NCBI GenBank assembly: GCA_964442255.1
Contig: CAYTYC010000001.1
Coordinates: 2,526 to 66,525, forward strand
Length of the DNA: 64,000 nucleotides
Direction of reading: 5' to 3'
Origin: an uncultured archaeon
GTDB taxonomy: Archaea; Iainarchaeota; Iainarchaeia; Iainarchaeales; 1-14-0-10-31-34
How positions within the stretch are numbered: position 1 is the stretch's first letter; each line of letters starts with the position of its first letter. The translations under genes were made by a program, and so were the position numbers. The notes under the pieces were generated by a model. That model did not search any database, was not told the DNA's origin, and saw only the letters and a program-made list of their open reading frames with translations. Below, piece after piece: positions 10,721 to 19,786 of this stretch.

Positions 10721-10836
10721 TTTAGAAACCCCTTCCGGGAACCCCGCCTGTTTCAATGGGCGGATGAATCGGGGTTTTTGCAGGCCGTTTACGGGAAAAA
10801 AAATTCGGCGAATTTTTAACCAGCCGTAGTTTAGGT
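10721..10836 (+). repeat. Copy 1 of a ~112-nt conserved intergenic repeat family (possible small ncRNA)
   Basis: tttagaaaccccttccgggaaccccgcctgtttcaatgggcgg...gggaaaaaaaatt...ccgccgtagtttagg is shared with copies at 12969 and 46698. All are on the same strand and 3' of a gene. Confidence 0.6.
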
Positions 10837-10900
10837 GGTTTTAATGCCCTGCCCCTGAGGGCGATTGTTTAACTGACTTTGCCAAATGAAAAACCAGATG

Positions 10901-10936
10901 CCCCTGCCTTCAGGCAGGGGGGAGCCATTTTTTTCG
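10901..10936 (+). terminator. Hairpin CCCCTGCC-ttca-GGCAGGGG followed by T7 run
   Basis: Perfect 8-bp stem at 10901-10920 followed by tttttttcg. Confidence 0.35.
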
Positions 10937-11188
10937 CACAGAAAACGCCTTCAGGTAACCGCTAACGGGTTTTATAAAGGTCCGCAACCTGATTTTGAAT
11001 AATGCAAACCCATGCCCCTTATTTTTAGTTTTTTTGCCCAGAAAAGCAAACAAAATTTTATGCCCGCCTTAAACAAATTCGACCCGGTTGGCAGATACGC
11101 TTTCAGGAAAGTTTTAAATACCGGAATGCTTAACTATTTCAGCGCATTGCCGTATTGGGAATGCCTAATCGGGAGGAGGAAGAAACAA

Positions 11189-11257
11189 TGTCAGGCAAAA
11201 AAAAGAAGAAATCGTCTTCATCAAAAAGCAAGAGCAAAAAAAAGAAGAAGAAATAAA
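11189..11257 (+). CDS. Micro-protein, 22 aa, Lys/Ser-rich (MSGKKKKKSSSSKSKSKKKKKK)
   Basis: SD GGGAGGAGG upstream. Flanks homologous to the 10543 unit (ttcaggaa...gcattcc upstream, ctaattctttcctttttttatt downstream). Confidence 0.35.
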
Positions 11258-11422
11258 CCGTTACGCTTTATTTCTGTAAAAAATTTTCTTTTGTGCTAAT
11301 TCTTTTCCTTTTTTATTTTTTTTAAATTTTCCCGGAAAGCCTTGTTTTGCCGGTTTTCCCGGGAAAAAAGCCGTCTTTAAAAAATTATGCGCACAACAAT
11401 TCCTTAACGGGCGAAGAGGCTT

Positions 11423-12895
11423 ATGGAAAAGGAAACATTTTACATTACTACCGCGATTGATTATCCTTCCAGTTCCCCCCATTTGGGGCACGCTTACGAG
11501 AAAATCTGCGCGGACGTAATCGCAAGATGGGAGGGGCTGAAAGGAAAAAGCGTCTTTTTTCTCACCGGAACGGACGAGCACGGGCAGAAAATCCAGCGCA
11601 AAGCGGCTGCGGCAGGAAAAAGCCCGCAGGAATTTGTGGACGAAATGCATTTGCAGTTCAAAAAACTTTGCGAAAAGTTAAACATTTCCCACGACGCATT
11701 CATCCGCACAACAGATGAAACGCACGTGAAGGTTGCGGAGGAAATATTCAGGAAGGTGCTGGAAAAAGGCGACATCTACAAGGGAATTTATGAAGGTTTG
11801 TACTGCGTGGAATGCGAAAGCTTTTACCTTGAAAAGGATTTGGCGGGGGGAAACTGCCCGGTGCACAAGAAGCCAGCGGAAACCCTGAAAGAGGAAAGCT
11901 ATTTCTTTAGGATGGCAAAGTATTCGGGCAGGCTGATGAAACACATTGAATCCCATCCCGAATTCATTCAACCCGCGGGAAAAGGCATTGAAATCCTGAA
12001 CAGGATGAAAGAGGGGGTGAAAGACTTAAGCGTAAGCAGGGCGGGCTTTGACTGGGGCATTCCCCTGCCCAATGACCCGAAGCACGTGCAGTTTGTCTGG
12101 TTTGACGCCTTGTTGAATTACCTTTCCGGTTTGGGTTACCCGGGAAAAAAATTCGAAAAATACTGGCCAGGGGTGCAGCTAATAGGGAAAGACATCGTAT
12201 GGCACCACACCGTAATCTTCGGCTCCATTCTCTTGTCTGCCGGAATTCCGCTTCCCAAAACCGTTTTGGTGCACGGCTTCGTGAATTTGAAGGGAGAGAA
12301 AATGAGCAAGTCCTCCGGCACAGTTGTTGACCCGGTTGAATTGTCTGAAAGGTTTGGGGAGGACGCGTTAAGGTATTTTTTGATTAAGGAGATTCCTTTC
12401 GGGCAGGACGGCGACTTTTCGGAGGATGCATTGAAGGGCAGGCTGAACAACGAGCTTGCAAACGATTTGGGCAATCTGGTTTCCCGTGTCCTTGCGTTGA
12501 TTGAAAAAAACTGCGGGGGAAAACTCCCGGAAGGAAAGGTTGACAAAGAACTTGAAAAAGCCCTTGACCTGAAGAAACTTGAAGAGCACATGGAAAAATT
12601 TGAATTGCACCACGCCTTAACCGAAGCAATGGGTTTTGTTTTGTCCTGCAACAAGTTCATCAATGAAAAAAAGGTTTGGGAACTGAAGGGAAAAGAGCTT
12701 GAAGATGCGCTTTACTCTCTGGCTGATGCACTCAGAATCATTTCGGTTCTCATGCACCCATTTATTCCGCGAACCTCGGAAAAAATCGCGGAACAGCTTG
12801 GAACAAAAGCAGGTTCACTCAATGAAGCAAAGTTCGGTTTAATTAATCCTGGAACAAAGGTAAAGAAAGGCGAAGTTTTGTTTAAAAAAATCTAG
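11423..12895 (+). CDS. metG: Methionyl-tRNA synthetase (core, no C-terminal dimerisation domain)
   Basis: HLGH (HIGH) and KMSKS motifs, CxxC zinc knuckle. 490 aa. Confidence 0.85.
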   Translation: MEKETFYITTAIDYPSSSPHLGHAYEKICADVIARWEGLKGKSVFFLTGTDEHGQKIQRKAAAAGKSPQEFVDEMHLQFKKLCEKLNISHDAFIRTTDETHVKVAEEIFRKVLEKGDIYKGIYEGLYCVECESFYLEKDLAGGNCPVHKKPAETLKEESYFFRMAKYSGRLMKHIESHPEFIQPAGKGIEILNRMKEGVKDLSVSRAGFDWGIPLPNDPKHVQFVWFDALLNYLSGLGYPGKKFEKYWPGVQLIGKDIVWHHTVIFGSILLSAGIPLPKTVLVHGFVNLKGEKMSKSSGTVVDPVELSERFGEDALRYFLIKEIPFGQDGDFSEDALKGRLNNELANDLGNLVSRVLALIEKNCGGKLPEGKVDKELEKALDLKKLEEHMEKFELHHALTEAMGFVLSCNKFINEKKVWELKGKELEDALYSLADALRIISVLMHPFIPRTSEKIAEQLGTKAGSLNEAKFGLINPGTKVKKGEVLFKKI

Positions 12896-12968
12896 TTTTT
12901 TTTTCGTTGGAAAGGGCGCATGCTTTTTCAGGTAAAGCGGCAGGTCTCCTGTTGAAAAGAGGGCCCTG

Positions 12969-13078
12969 TTTTTAGAAACCCCTTCCGGGAACCCCGCCTG
13001 TTTCAATGGGCGGAAGATGGTTTTCGCAGGTCGTTTGCGAAAAAAAAATTAGGGGGGCTTTAACCCGCCGTAGTTTAG
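12969..13078 (+). repeat. Copy 2 of the ~112-nt intergenic repeat family
   Basis: Near-identical 5' 45 nt and 3' ccgccgtagtttag block. Lies 3' of metG. Confidence 0.6.
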
Positions 13079-13371
13079 CACTGGCCTGTTTTGTTTTCAG
13101 AAGGCCTGTAAACCGCGGTAGCCCAGATTGCAATCAGGGGGACAATCATTACAAACCCAAGCAGGGCTCCGCTTGAAATGAGGCCATCAGTTGTAACCTC
13201 AATGAATTCTCCGCCTTCACTGATGAAGGCGATTGTGTGGTCAACCAGCACCATTATGAATGTTCCCCACAGCATCAGGGCCAGCAAGTTAAGTTTGCGC
13301 TTTTTGCCCTTTGCCAGAAAATATGCGGCAGTAACTGCAACCGCTGCAATGAGTGTTGTAACGAGCCACAT
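13075..13371 (-). CDS. Hypothetical small membrane protein
   Basis: Three predicted TM helices. GGGG RBS-like sequence upstream. Adjacent to nikR. Confidence 0.4.
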   Translation of the reverse strand: MWLVTTLIAAVAVTAAYFLAKGKKRKLNLLALMLWGTFIMVLVDHTIAFISEGGEFIEVTTDGLISSGALLGFVMIVPLIAIWATAVYRPSENKTGQC

Positions 13372-13395
13372 TTTTATTCCCCTACTTGCACCTGT

Positions 13396-13737
13396 TCACG
13401 CCCCGGATGCCCCCGCTGGCACAGCCTTTATTGCCATCATTTTTTCATAGGCAACAACGATCGCAATCCACCCCAAAACCAATGCAACCGTCATTGGAAT
13501 TCCCACTGCAGCCATCTCCCCAAACATTGCCATCATGTCTGATTGGCTGCTCATTGCAGTCAAAAAAGGCGGCCAAAGAACAATTTCCTGGTGTGCGATA
13601 TGCTCTGCGGTCAATGCCATTGCCCCCCCAAAAATCATGGTGTTCAGCCAGTTAACGTGCCATCGTTTTGGGAATTTCTTTCTGAAAACGGTTGTTATAA
13701 CCCCTGTTGCAGCCGGCACCAAAAAACACGCCATCAA
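13396..13737 (-). CDS. Hypothetical membrane protein with His-rich loop (HIAHQE)
   Basis: Hydrophobic helices. Co-oriented with the 13075..13371 gene. Confidence 0.35.
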   Translation of the reverse strand: MMACFLVPAATGVITTVFRKKFPKRWHVNWLNTMIFGGAMALTAEHIAHQEIVLWPPFLTAMSSQSDMMAMFGEMAAVGIPMTVALVLGWIAIVVAYEKMMAIKAVPAGASGA

Positions 13738-13859
13738 ACCACCCTTTTATTGCAAAAACCATTTTTTACTTACACAGTAAAAAGCGAAGGTAATAAAAAT
13801 CTGAATTTAGTAATACTTTTAATCTCATTTGTTAATACTGTTTCCAGGGGGTCTGCGGA

Positions 13860-14264
13860 ATGGGAAAGGTTTCAAGGATTGCTGTTTCACTTCCAACGCC
13901 TTTGCTGGAGGAATTTGAGGGGCTTATTTCAAGGAAGGCATACCTAAGCAGGTCAAAGGCCGTTGGGGATGCAATAAGAACCTATGTTGCGGATAGCTCC
14001 TGGGCTGAAGGAAAGGGCTGCGGGCTGGGAATAATTGCTGTCCTTTATGATCACACGGCCAGGGGGGTTACCGAAAAAATAGTTGAAATACAGCACGCAT
14101 TTCACGGATTAATTAACTCAAACACCCACCTGCATCTGGACAGGGAAAACTGCCTGGAGGTGCTAATAATCAAGGCTGACTCTAAAAAAATTAATTCCCT
14201 GGCGTCAAAACTTCAATCCTTGCGGGGGGTAAAGCAAACAAAATTAATTAAAATAAGCCCTTAA
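13860..14264 (+). CDS. nikR: Nickel-responsive regulator NikR (RHH + metal-binding C-domain)
   Basis: N-terminal RHH IAVSLPTPLLEEFEGLISRKAY and C-terminal HAFHGLINSNTHLHLDRENCLEV (H-x13-H-x-H...C nickel site). Confidence 0.8.
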   Translation: MGKVSRIAVSLPTPLLEEFEGLISRKAYLSRSKAVGDAIRTYVADSSWAEGKGCGLGIIAVLYDHTARGVTEKIVEIQHAFHGLINSNTHLHLDRENCLEVLIIKADSKKINSLASKLQSLRGVKQTKLIKISP

Positions 14265-14291
14265 ACTGAAAAGAGATTTTTTTTTTTAGCG

Positions 14292-14684
14292 TCATTTTTT
14301 TCTTGTGATTCTTGCCTCTTTTCCGTATCTCTGGTATTCCACATCTGTTCCTGAGGCAAGCCCTGAAATGTCCTTCGGTTTTGGGACGTCAAATGTCTCG
14401 TAACTCGCCAAATCCATTACCTGCACATTGTCTCCCATTGCCGCCACAACCTGCGCAGAGCCTTTAACTATTATCGGCACCTCCGCTTCGTCCCCTGTGG
14501 ACTTTAAAAGCGTTTTTTTCACGTTCTGAAATACGCCCATTGCTGTCACCCTTGCCTTGGCTGAACCGTGCTTTCCGGGCTTGGATTTTTCTATTCCCGC
14601 AATCCTGCACACGGTTCCGTCTATAAGCAGGTAGCCGCCTTTTTTGAGCTGCCCGACCTTCACAAACCTTTTTTCCACTTCCAT
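14292..14684 (-). CDS. eif5a: Translation initiation factor 5A (aIF5A)
   Basis: Hypusine loop SKPGKHGSAKA. 130 aa. Confidence 0.85.
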   Translation of the reverse strand: MEVEKRFVKVGQLKKGGYLLIDGTVCRIAGIEKSKPGKHGSAKARVTAMGVFQNVKKTLLKSTGDEAEVPIIVKGSAQVVAAMGDNVQVMDLASYETFDVPKPKDISGLASGTDVEYQRYGKEARITRKK

Positions 14685-14761
14685 TTTCTCGCCCTAAGGT
14701 GAAAAATACAAGTTAAAAGAATTTAAATGGCTTTTGGCTTTGATTTGTTTTAGGGTTTTTT

Positions 14762-15355
14762 TTGAAGCCGGGCAAAATACGAAGAAAAAAAGCTTTTTGG
14801 AAGCGCATGCTTTTTTGGCGCAGACCGAAGGAAATTAAAACAAGGTTTGATTATTCCCTTAGAATAGTAAGGCACCCCGGCATGCGTAAGGGCATAGGCG
14901 GTCTTTTTGGCGGGCTTGAGGGAGTTAAGAGCTTAATTGTTGGTGAAGTCAAGTTTGTGGGGGTAAGGGACTACCAAGGAAAAAAGATCATTATTTGTGT
15001 TGGAAGGACGGGTCACGGCAGTCTTGCAAAAAAGCTTGTAAAAGTAGGGGTTAAACCGGAAATTGTCAAAGTATGGAGTGAAAGTTCCGGAATTACCCTT
15101 GAATCAGAGCAGCTGAAAAGGGTTAAACCGGAAATTGTCAAAGTATGGAGTGAAAGAGTGCAGCCCGAAAAAGGCGATTGGTATGCCTTCTCCGGAAGCT
15201 TCGAGAAACCGGACATACGCGGAGAGTTTGCTGGAGTGGAGCAATTTGGGATGTCTTACATTGATTGGGATGCAGTGCAGGAGACAATACATGCGCTTTA
15301 CGGAAAAAAGGCAGGGTCGCTTGTGGTAAAGGAGCAAAGTAATTTTGGTATTTAG
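14762..15355 (+). CDS. Hypothetical protein with internal in-frame tandem duplication (VKPEIVKVWSE x2)
   Basis: 36-nt direct repeat at 15049-15084 and 15121-15156 within the ORF. True start may be a downstream Met. Confidence 0.4.
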   Translation: MKPGKIRRKKAFWKRMLFWRRPKEIKTRFDYSLRIVRHPGMRKGIGGLFGGLEGVKSLIVGEVKFVGVRDYQGKKIIICVGRTGHGSLAKKLVKVGVKPEIVKVWSESSGITLESEQLKRVKPEIVKVWSERVQPEKGDWYAFSGSFEKPDIRGEFAGVEQFGMSYIDWDAVQETIHALYGKKAGSLVVKEQSNFGI

Positions 15356-15362
15356 AACCAGG

Positions 15363-16943
15363 TTATTCCTTTTTATTTTGGTTTTTTTTCAGCATCCGTT
15401 TCCCGAAAATCAGCGCCAATCCGACTATTGCTCCGGCCACAATAAACAGCAGCATGAAGCCAGCGTTTTCAATTATTTTTGGCTCCAAAAGCAGGGAAAA
15501 ACCGAGCTGCAGGATAATCAGGCCTGAAATGAGTTTCAGGCTTTTCACTCCCTCAACCCCGAATTTCTTTGAGCCGAGAGTTGAAGCGAAAACTCCCACA
15601 ATCACTGCAAGCGGAACAACGTACATCACATTGTAGAAAACAAGGTAAAGGTAGTGATCAAAAACGGGCAGCCCCTTCAGCGTCAGGATTCTGGTAAAAA
15701 TTATCGGAAAGCCCACGGTGCAGATGAGTTCGTAAAGGTTTACTGTGATTGCAATTAATATTGTCCCGGCCACCAATGCCTTAAAGCTGTCAGCCCTTTT
15801 TATTAAGTTGTTCACCCTTTCAGTGAACCGGATTTTTTGGCTTGTGGGAAGCGTTAATGAAACGCCTTTCTTGAAGAAAAAGAAGTCCTTTACGTTTATC
15901 AGCCCGGCAGCCACCGCAACAATTCCTGCAAAAACAGTAAGGAGCGTAAGCTCTCCGCCGATAAGGAAAACATTCAGCCAGGCCGCCATGAAAAGAAAGT
16001 AAATGAAGCCCGAAAAGAAAATGAAGATTGCCCCCACGATGATGATGCGTTTTTTTGAGCCCGCGGCCACGAGCGCGGCAAGCAGGAAAGTCAAAATAAA
16101 GATTGCGCACGGGTTGAAGCCGTCAGCCAGGCCGATAATGGCGGTTAAAACAGGCAGGGGCGTTTCCTGCAGGTTAACTTCACCAAAAAAAGGCAAATCA
16201 ATTGTGTCCTTTTTTTCGCCGTTTTCCGCGCCGTTCCCTTTGCCTCCGTTTCCGCCGTTTGCGGGCGGAGTGAAACCTTCATTGAACTTCAAAACCCATG
16301 AATTCCCTATTTTTATTGCGTTCTCAAATTCAATTTCCCCTCCTGAAATCGGCGCGGGCTTAGCGTCAATTTCTTCAATACTGTATTCAGTTTCCTGAAT
16401 CAGGCCTTCAATGTCTTCGGTGAAGAGAAGTTCCCTCAAAAAATCGCTTGAAACCTCGCCTTCCATGCCGACCCTAACCAAAAGCCTTCCTTTTCCCCAA
16501 ACCTTCAGCGGGTTTCCCGCGGTCTTGCTTAAGTCAAGCTCCCCGAACCTTACCTGGTTTCCCACAAGGCACGGGTTTCCTTCCGTGACTTCCCCCAAAT
16601 CAAGGCCCGGAACTTCAAGCCGCCCTGAAACGATTTTTTCAGGGGAAACAAACAGCTGCGGAACAGCGGGAATTGCCCCAAAAACCTGTGAATAAAAGCC
16701 AAGCAGGGCCGCATTGTCTTCGCCCCAGCCGCTGAAAACATATTCTATTATCACCAGATCACTGTGTTTTTCCGGCCATTCCTTTAAAACAACAGGGTCT
16801 GTCGCCTCGCAGTTGGGGCAGCCGATTGCAGTGAAGTAAACCAGGCATTTCTTGTTTTCCGTTTCTGCCGATGCGAAAGCAAAGGAAAAAAGCAGGAACA
16901 AAGCCGTGAATGCAAGAAAAGCCCGTGAATTCATGTTATCCAT
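15363..16943 (-). CDS. DsbD/CcdA-like thiol-disulfide interchange membrane protein with N-terminal secreted thioredoxin-fold domain
   Basis: Signal peptide, CxxC (IGCPNCE), C-terminal polytopic domain with NPC...P motifs like the CcdA/DsbD transmembrane region. Confidence 0.55.
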   Translation of the reverse strand: MDNMNSRAFLAFTALFLLFSFAFASAETENKKCLVYFTAIGCPNCEATDPVVLKEWPEKHSDLVIIEYVFSGWGEDNAALLGFYSQVFGAIPAVPQLFVSPEKIVSGRLEVPGLDLGEVTEGNPCLVGNQVRFGELDLSKTAGNPLKVWGKGRLLVRVGMEGEVSSDFLRELLFTEDIEGLIQETEYSIEEIDAKPAPISGGEIEFENAIKIGNSWVLKFNEGFTPPANGGNGGKGNGAENGEKKDTIDLPFFGEVNLQETPLPVLTAIIGLADGFNPCAIFILTFLLAALVAAGSKKRIIIVGAIFIFFSGFIYFLFMAAWLNVFLIGGELTLLTVFAGIVAVAAGLINVKDFFFFKKGVSLTLPTSQKIRFTERVNNLIKRADSFKALVAGTILIAITVNLYELICTVGFPIIFTRILTLKGLPVFDHYLYLVFYNVMYVVPLAVIVGVFASTLGSKKFGVEGVKSLKLISGLIILQLGFSLLLEPKIIENAGFMLLFIVAGAIVGLALIFGKRMLKKNQNKKE

Positions 16944-17821
16944 TATTTAGCTTGAGCAGTTTTTTTAATTTTTTCTGTTATTTCCCGGAATGTTTTCCTG
17001 TACTCAGGATTCAGTTCAGTTACGGGCTTCATTTTAATCGTTGAATCAACGAACTCCTTTCGGTAGGGAATTCTTCCGAGGACGGGAACGCCTTTTTCTT
17101 TCGCGTATTCCTCAATTTTTTTGCAGAACTTTTCATCCAAGTCAAACTTGTTTAAGACGATTCCGCAGGGAATTTCAAAGTGCCGGGCAAGCCATATTGC
17201 CCTCTTCAAATCATGCAATGCAGAGGGAGTGGGCTCTGTCACCGCAACTACAAAGTCCGTTCCCATGATGGATGCAATCACCGGGCATCCCACCCCCGCG
17301 GCGGAGTCAACCACCAAATGCTTTGCCTTGATTTTCTTCCCTATGCTGTCCGCGTTTTTCCTCACCTCCGCGACAACTTCCCCTGAGGCAAGCTCCCCCA
17401 GTTTCAGCTCCCCGGAAACAAGCTCAACCCCGTAGTTTTTTCCCGTGAAAACCGTGCCTATCTCTTTTTTGGTTTCCGTTATCGCGTTTTCCGGGCATGC
17501 AACCATGCACGCCCTGCATCCAATGCACAAGTCCTTCACGAACGCGGGAAACCTTCCCTTAACGAACACGATTGCGTCCTGCTTGCACACTTCAGCGCAT
17601 TTCCCGCATTTCACGCATTTGTTGAAGTCCCATTTTGGAATGGGCTGGAAAAGTGTTTCAAATTTTTTTCTTTCAATTGAAAGCATTAAGTGGTCGTTAG
17701 GGCATTCCGCGTCCGCGTCGGCCAGAATTGTTTTCCCTTCTTTTGCCAGTTCAATCGCAAGGGAGGTCGCGACAATCGTTTTCCCTGTCCCGCCCTTTCC
17801 TCCGCTTACAGCAATTTTCAT
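16943..17821 (-). CDS. MinD/ParA-superfamily P-loop ATPase with inserted 2x[4Fe-4S] ferredoxin domain (COG1149-like)
   Basis: GGKGGTGKT deviant Walker A, CVKCGKCAEVC and CIGCRACMVACP ferredoxin motifs. Confidence 0.75.
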   Translation of the reverse strand: MKIAVSGGKGGTGKTIVATSLAIELAKEGKTILADADAECPNDHLMLSIERKKFETLFQPIPKWDFNKCVKCGKCAEVCKQDAIVFVKGRFPAFVKDLCIGCRACMVACPENAITETKKEIGTVFTGKNYGVELVSGELKLGELASGEVVAEVRKNADSIGKKIKAKHLVVDSAAGVGCPVIASIMGTDFVVAVTEPTPSALHDLKRAIWLARHFEIPCGIVLNKFDLDEKFCKKIEEYAKEKGVPVLGRIPYRKEFVDSTIKMKPVTELNPEYRKTFREITEKIKKTAQAK

Positions 17822-18600
17822 TTTTCCCGCCTCCTTTTTTTCACTTCCGCCAATTCAATCGGCTTAATTTCTTTCTTTTCCGATTCGTAAACCGAAACAA
17901 CATTATTTAATCCGCTGAACGTTTCCTTGATTTTTTGCATTTCTTTCCTGCTTAAAGGGGCCGCTGCACAGGGCCTTAAAGGGGTGTTTAACTGCACTTC
18001 ATCCGGCTTTAATTCTTTTGCAAGCCCGGCCATTTCCTGTGCAAAGCCTTTGTTTTCCTCCATAAACATCATCTGCAAGGCGAATTTTCCGGCAAAGTTT
18101 TCCCTGAATTCCAGCATTCCTTCAATCAGTTCCCTGAAACGGATTTTTTCGTGCGGCCGGTTTATTTCACTGAAAAGCCTTTCGTTTGGGGCGTCAAGTT
18201 TTGCCGCAACAACGTCAAATTCGTGCAGTGCCGCCGCCACTTTTTTTTTCCCCAAAAAAGAGGAATTGGTTAAAACGGCCAGAGGCAGGCCAAACCTTGA
18301 TTTTATGAAGCCGGCCAGTTTGCCCAGGTTTTTTGCAAGTGTCGGCTCGCCTGTCCCGGAAAAAGTGATTATGTCCGCTCTTCCCACGAAAGCGTTTTCG
18401 TCTTTTTCCCTTATTGACCTCAAATCTTTCCTTAATTTTTCCGCTGAAACAAATTCTTTTTTTTCAACTGTTTTTTTTCCGCCCCTTAGCTGGCAGTAAA
18501 TGCAGTCAAAGCTGCAGGCCTTTTTTTCCCTGCAGATCGGGTCAATTCCCAGTGACCTCCCCAACCTCCATGAGGAAACAGGGCCGTAAATTGAGTTCAT
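17818..18600 (-). CDS. Radical SAM protein (CxxxCxxC)
   Basis: YGPVSSWRLGRSLGIDP N-terminus and CSFDCIYC cluster motif. Translationally coupled to neighbours. Confidence 0.65.
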   Translation of the reverse strand: MNSIYGPVSSWRLGRSLGIDPICREKKACSFDCIYCQLRGGKKTVEKKEFVSAEKLRKDLRSIREKDENAFVGRADIITFSGTGEPTLAKNLGKLAGFIKSRFGLPLAVLTNSSFLGKKKVAAALHEFDVVAAKLDAPNERLFSEINRPHEKIRFRELIEGMLEFRENFAGKFALQMMFMEENKGFAQEMAGLAKELKPDEVQLNTPLRPCAAAPLSRKEMQKIKETFSGLNNVVSVYESEKKEIKPIELAEVKKRRREK

Positions 18601-18977
18601 GTTTCCCTGTGCTCCTCGCAGATGTCCTCCGGGCCGGCTTTCTCGAGTTTCCTGCTTTTCCAGAGCTCAAATATGTCTTTGACTGTTTCAGCCTGGCAGA
18701 CAAAGGCGTCTATCCCTATCTCCCTGAACATGTTCAATGCCCTTGGGCCAAAACCGCGGCAAAGCAGAACATCCACGCCTTTTTCCTTCAGCAGTTCCGG
18801 AGGAAGCCCTGTTCCGCCCATGTGCTCTGAGGTGTTGTCAATCACTTCCGCCAGTTTTCCGTTTTCATCCAGCAAAGTGTAGGTTTCGCACCTGCCAAAA
18901 TGCTCTGCAACCCTTTCATCCAAGCCTTTTTTTCCGTTAGTTGGAACGGCTATCAGCATTTTTTTTTCCTCCTTCAC
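18597..18977 (-). CDS. NifX/NifB-C-terminal-like dinitrogenase FeMo-cofactor-binding family protein (Nitro_FeMo-Co)
   Basis: About 120 aa with the LIAVPT...HFGRCE.Y..D signature of the family. Confidence 0.6.
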   Translation of the reverse strand: MKEEKKMLIAVPTNGKKGLDERVAEHFGRCETYTLLDENGKLAEVIDNTSEHMGGTGLPPELLKEKGVDVLLCRGFGPRALNMFREIGIDAFVCQAETVKDIFELWKSRKLEKAGPEDICEEHRET

Positions 18978-19300
18978 TTTTTTTCCTTCATGAACATTTC
19001 CAGCGCCTCTTTAACTGTTCCGCCTGCATTGTACACTTCAACCCTGAACTGGTTCAATACATCCTTTGCCCTTGGCCCGAGGTTTCCTGAAATAATTGCC
19101 TCTGCGCCCTTGTCAACCACGGCCTGCGCGGCGCTTATTCCCGCTCCGCCGGGCTGGTTTGCGTAAGTGTTTTTCATTGCCTCAAACCCCTTTATTTCGC
19201 CGTTTTCCACTTCAGCTATGATGAAGTACGCGCACCTTCCGAAAACACCGTCAACCGCGCTCTCCAATTTTTTTCCTGTTGAACTTACCGCTACCTTCAT
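18974..19300 (-). CDS. NifX/NifB-C-terminal-like Nitro_FeMo-Co family protein (second paralog)
   Basis: MKVAVSS...VDGVFGRCAYFII signature. 108 aa. Confidence 0.6.
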   Translation of the reverse strand: MKVAVSSTGKKLESAVDGVFGRCAYFIIAEVENGEIKGFEAMKNTYANQPGGAGISAAQAVVDKGAEAIISGNLGPRAKDVLNQFRVEVYNAGGTVKEALEMFMKEKK

Positions 19301-19306
19301 TTTTTT

Positions 19307-19786
19307 TCACCCCCTAAGCATTGTTGTTCCGCATTCCTTGCATTTCCTGTTTGTGCAAGGCTCGCCTGTAACCTTTTCTTCCTCGTGCCCGCAGTTTGGG
19401 CAGACGCATGCCCCGCCAGGGCCCGCGCCAAAGCCTCTTCTTCCTCTGCCTGCACCCATTCCTGCTCCCCTGCCTCTTCCAATAAAAGTGGTTTCAGCCA
19501 TCCTGAAATTACCTCCTTCAATTTTGATTGCCTTTCCGTTAACCAGTGCGTCCGCAATCTTTTTCCTTGCGCCTAAAACCAGGCGGTGAAAGGTGGGCTG
19601 TGAGATGTCCATTTTTTTTGCGGCCTCTTCCTGTCCCAGCCCAAGCAAGTCCTTGAGCCTCACTGCCTCAAACTCGTCCACTGTAACCACGGTTTCTTCC
19701 AGGCCAGCCATTCTCACGCCGATTGGCTTGAAGTAGGTGACATTCGGCTGGAACATCACCCTGCGGAAAAGCCTTGGCCTCGGCAT
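19307..19786 (-). CDS. DUF134/UPF0251 predicted DNA-binding protein with C-terminal Cys-rich zinc ribbon
   Basis: N-terminal RPR.FRRV...FKPIG signature of DUF134, HTH-like segment and CVCPNCGH...CKECG. Confidence 0.6.
   Translation of the reverse strand: MPRPRLFRRVMFQPNVTYFKPIGVRMAGLEETVVTVDEFEAVRLKDLLGLGQEEAAKKMDISQPTFHRLVLGARKKIADALVNGKAIKIEGGNFRMAETTFIGRGRGAGMGAGRGRRGFGAGPGGACVCPNCGHEEEKVTGEPCTNRKCKECGTTMLRG

Noticed and set aside
13237-13542. Cys/His-rich plus-strand ORF antisense to the membrane-protein genes
   Set aside because: Its composition looks like an antisense artefact. The minus-strand ORFs have regular TM helices and an RBS-like spacer.
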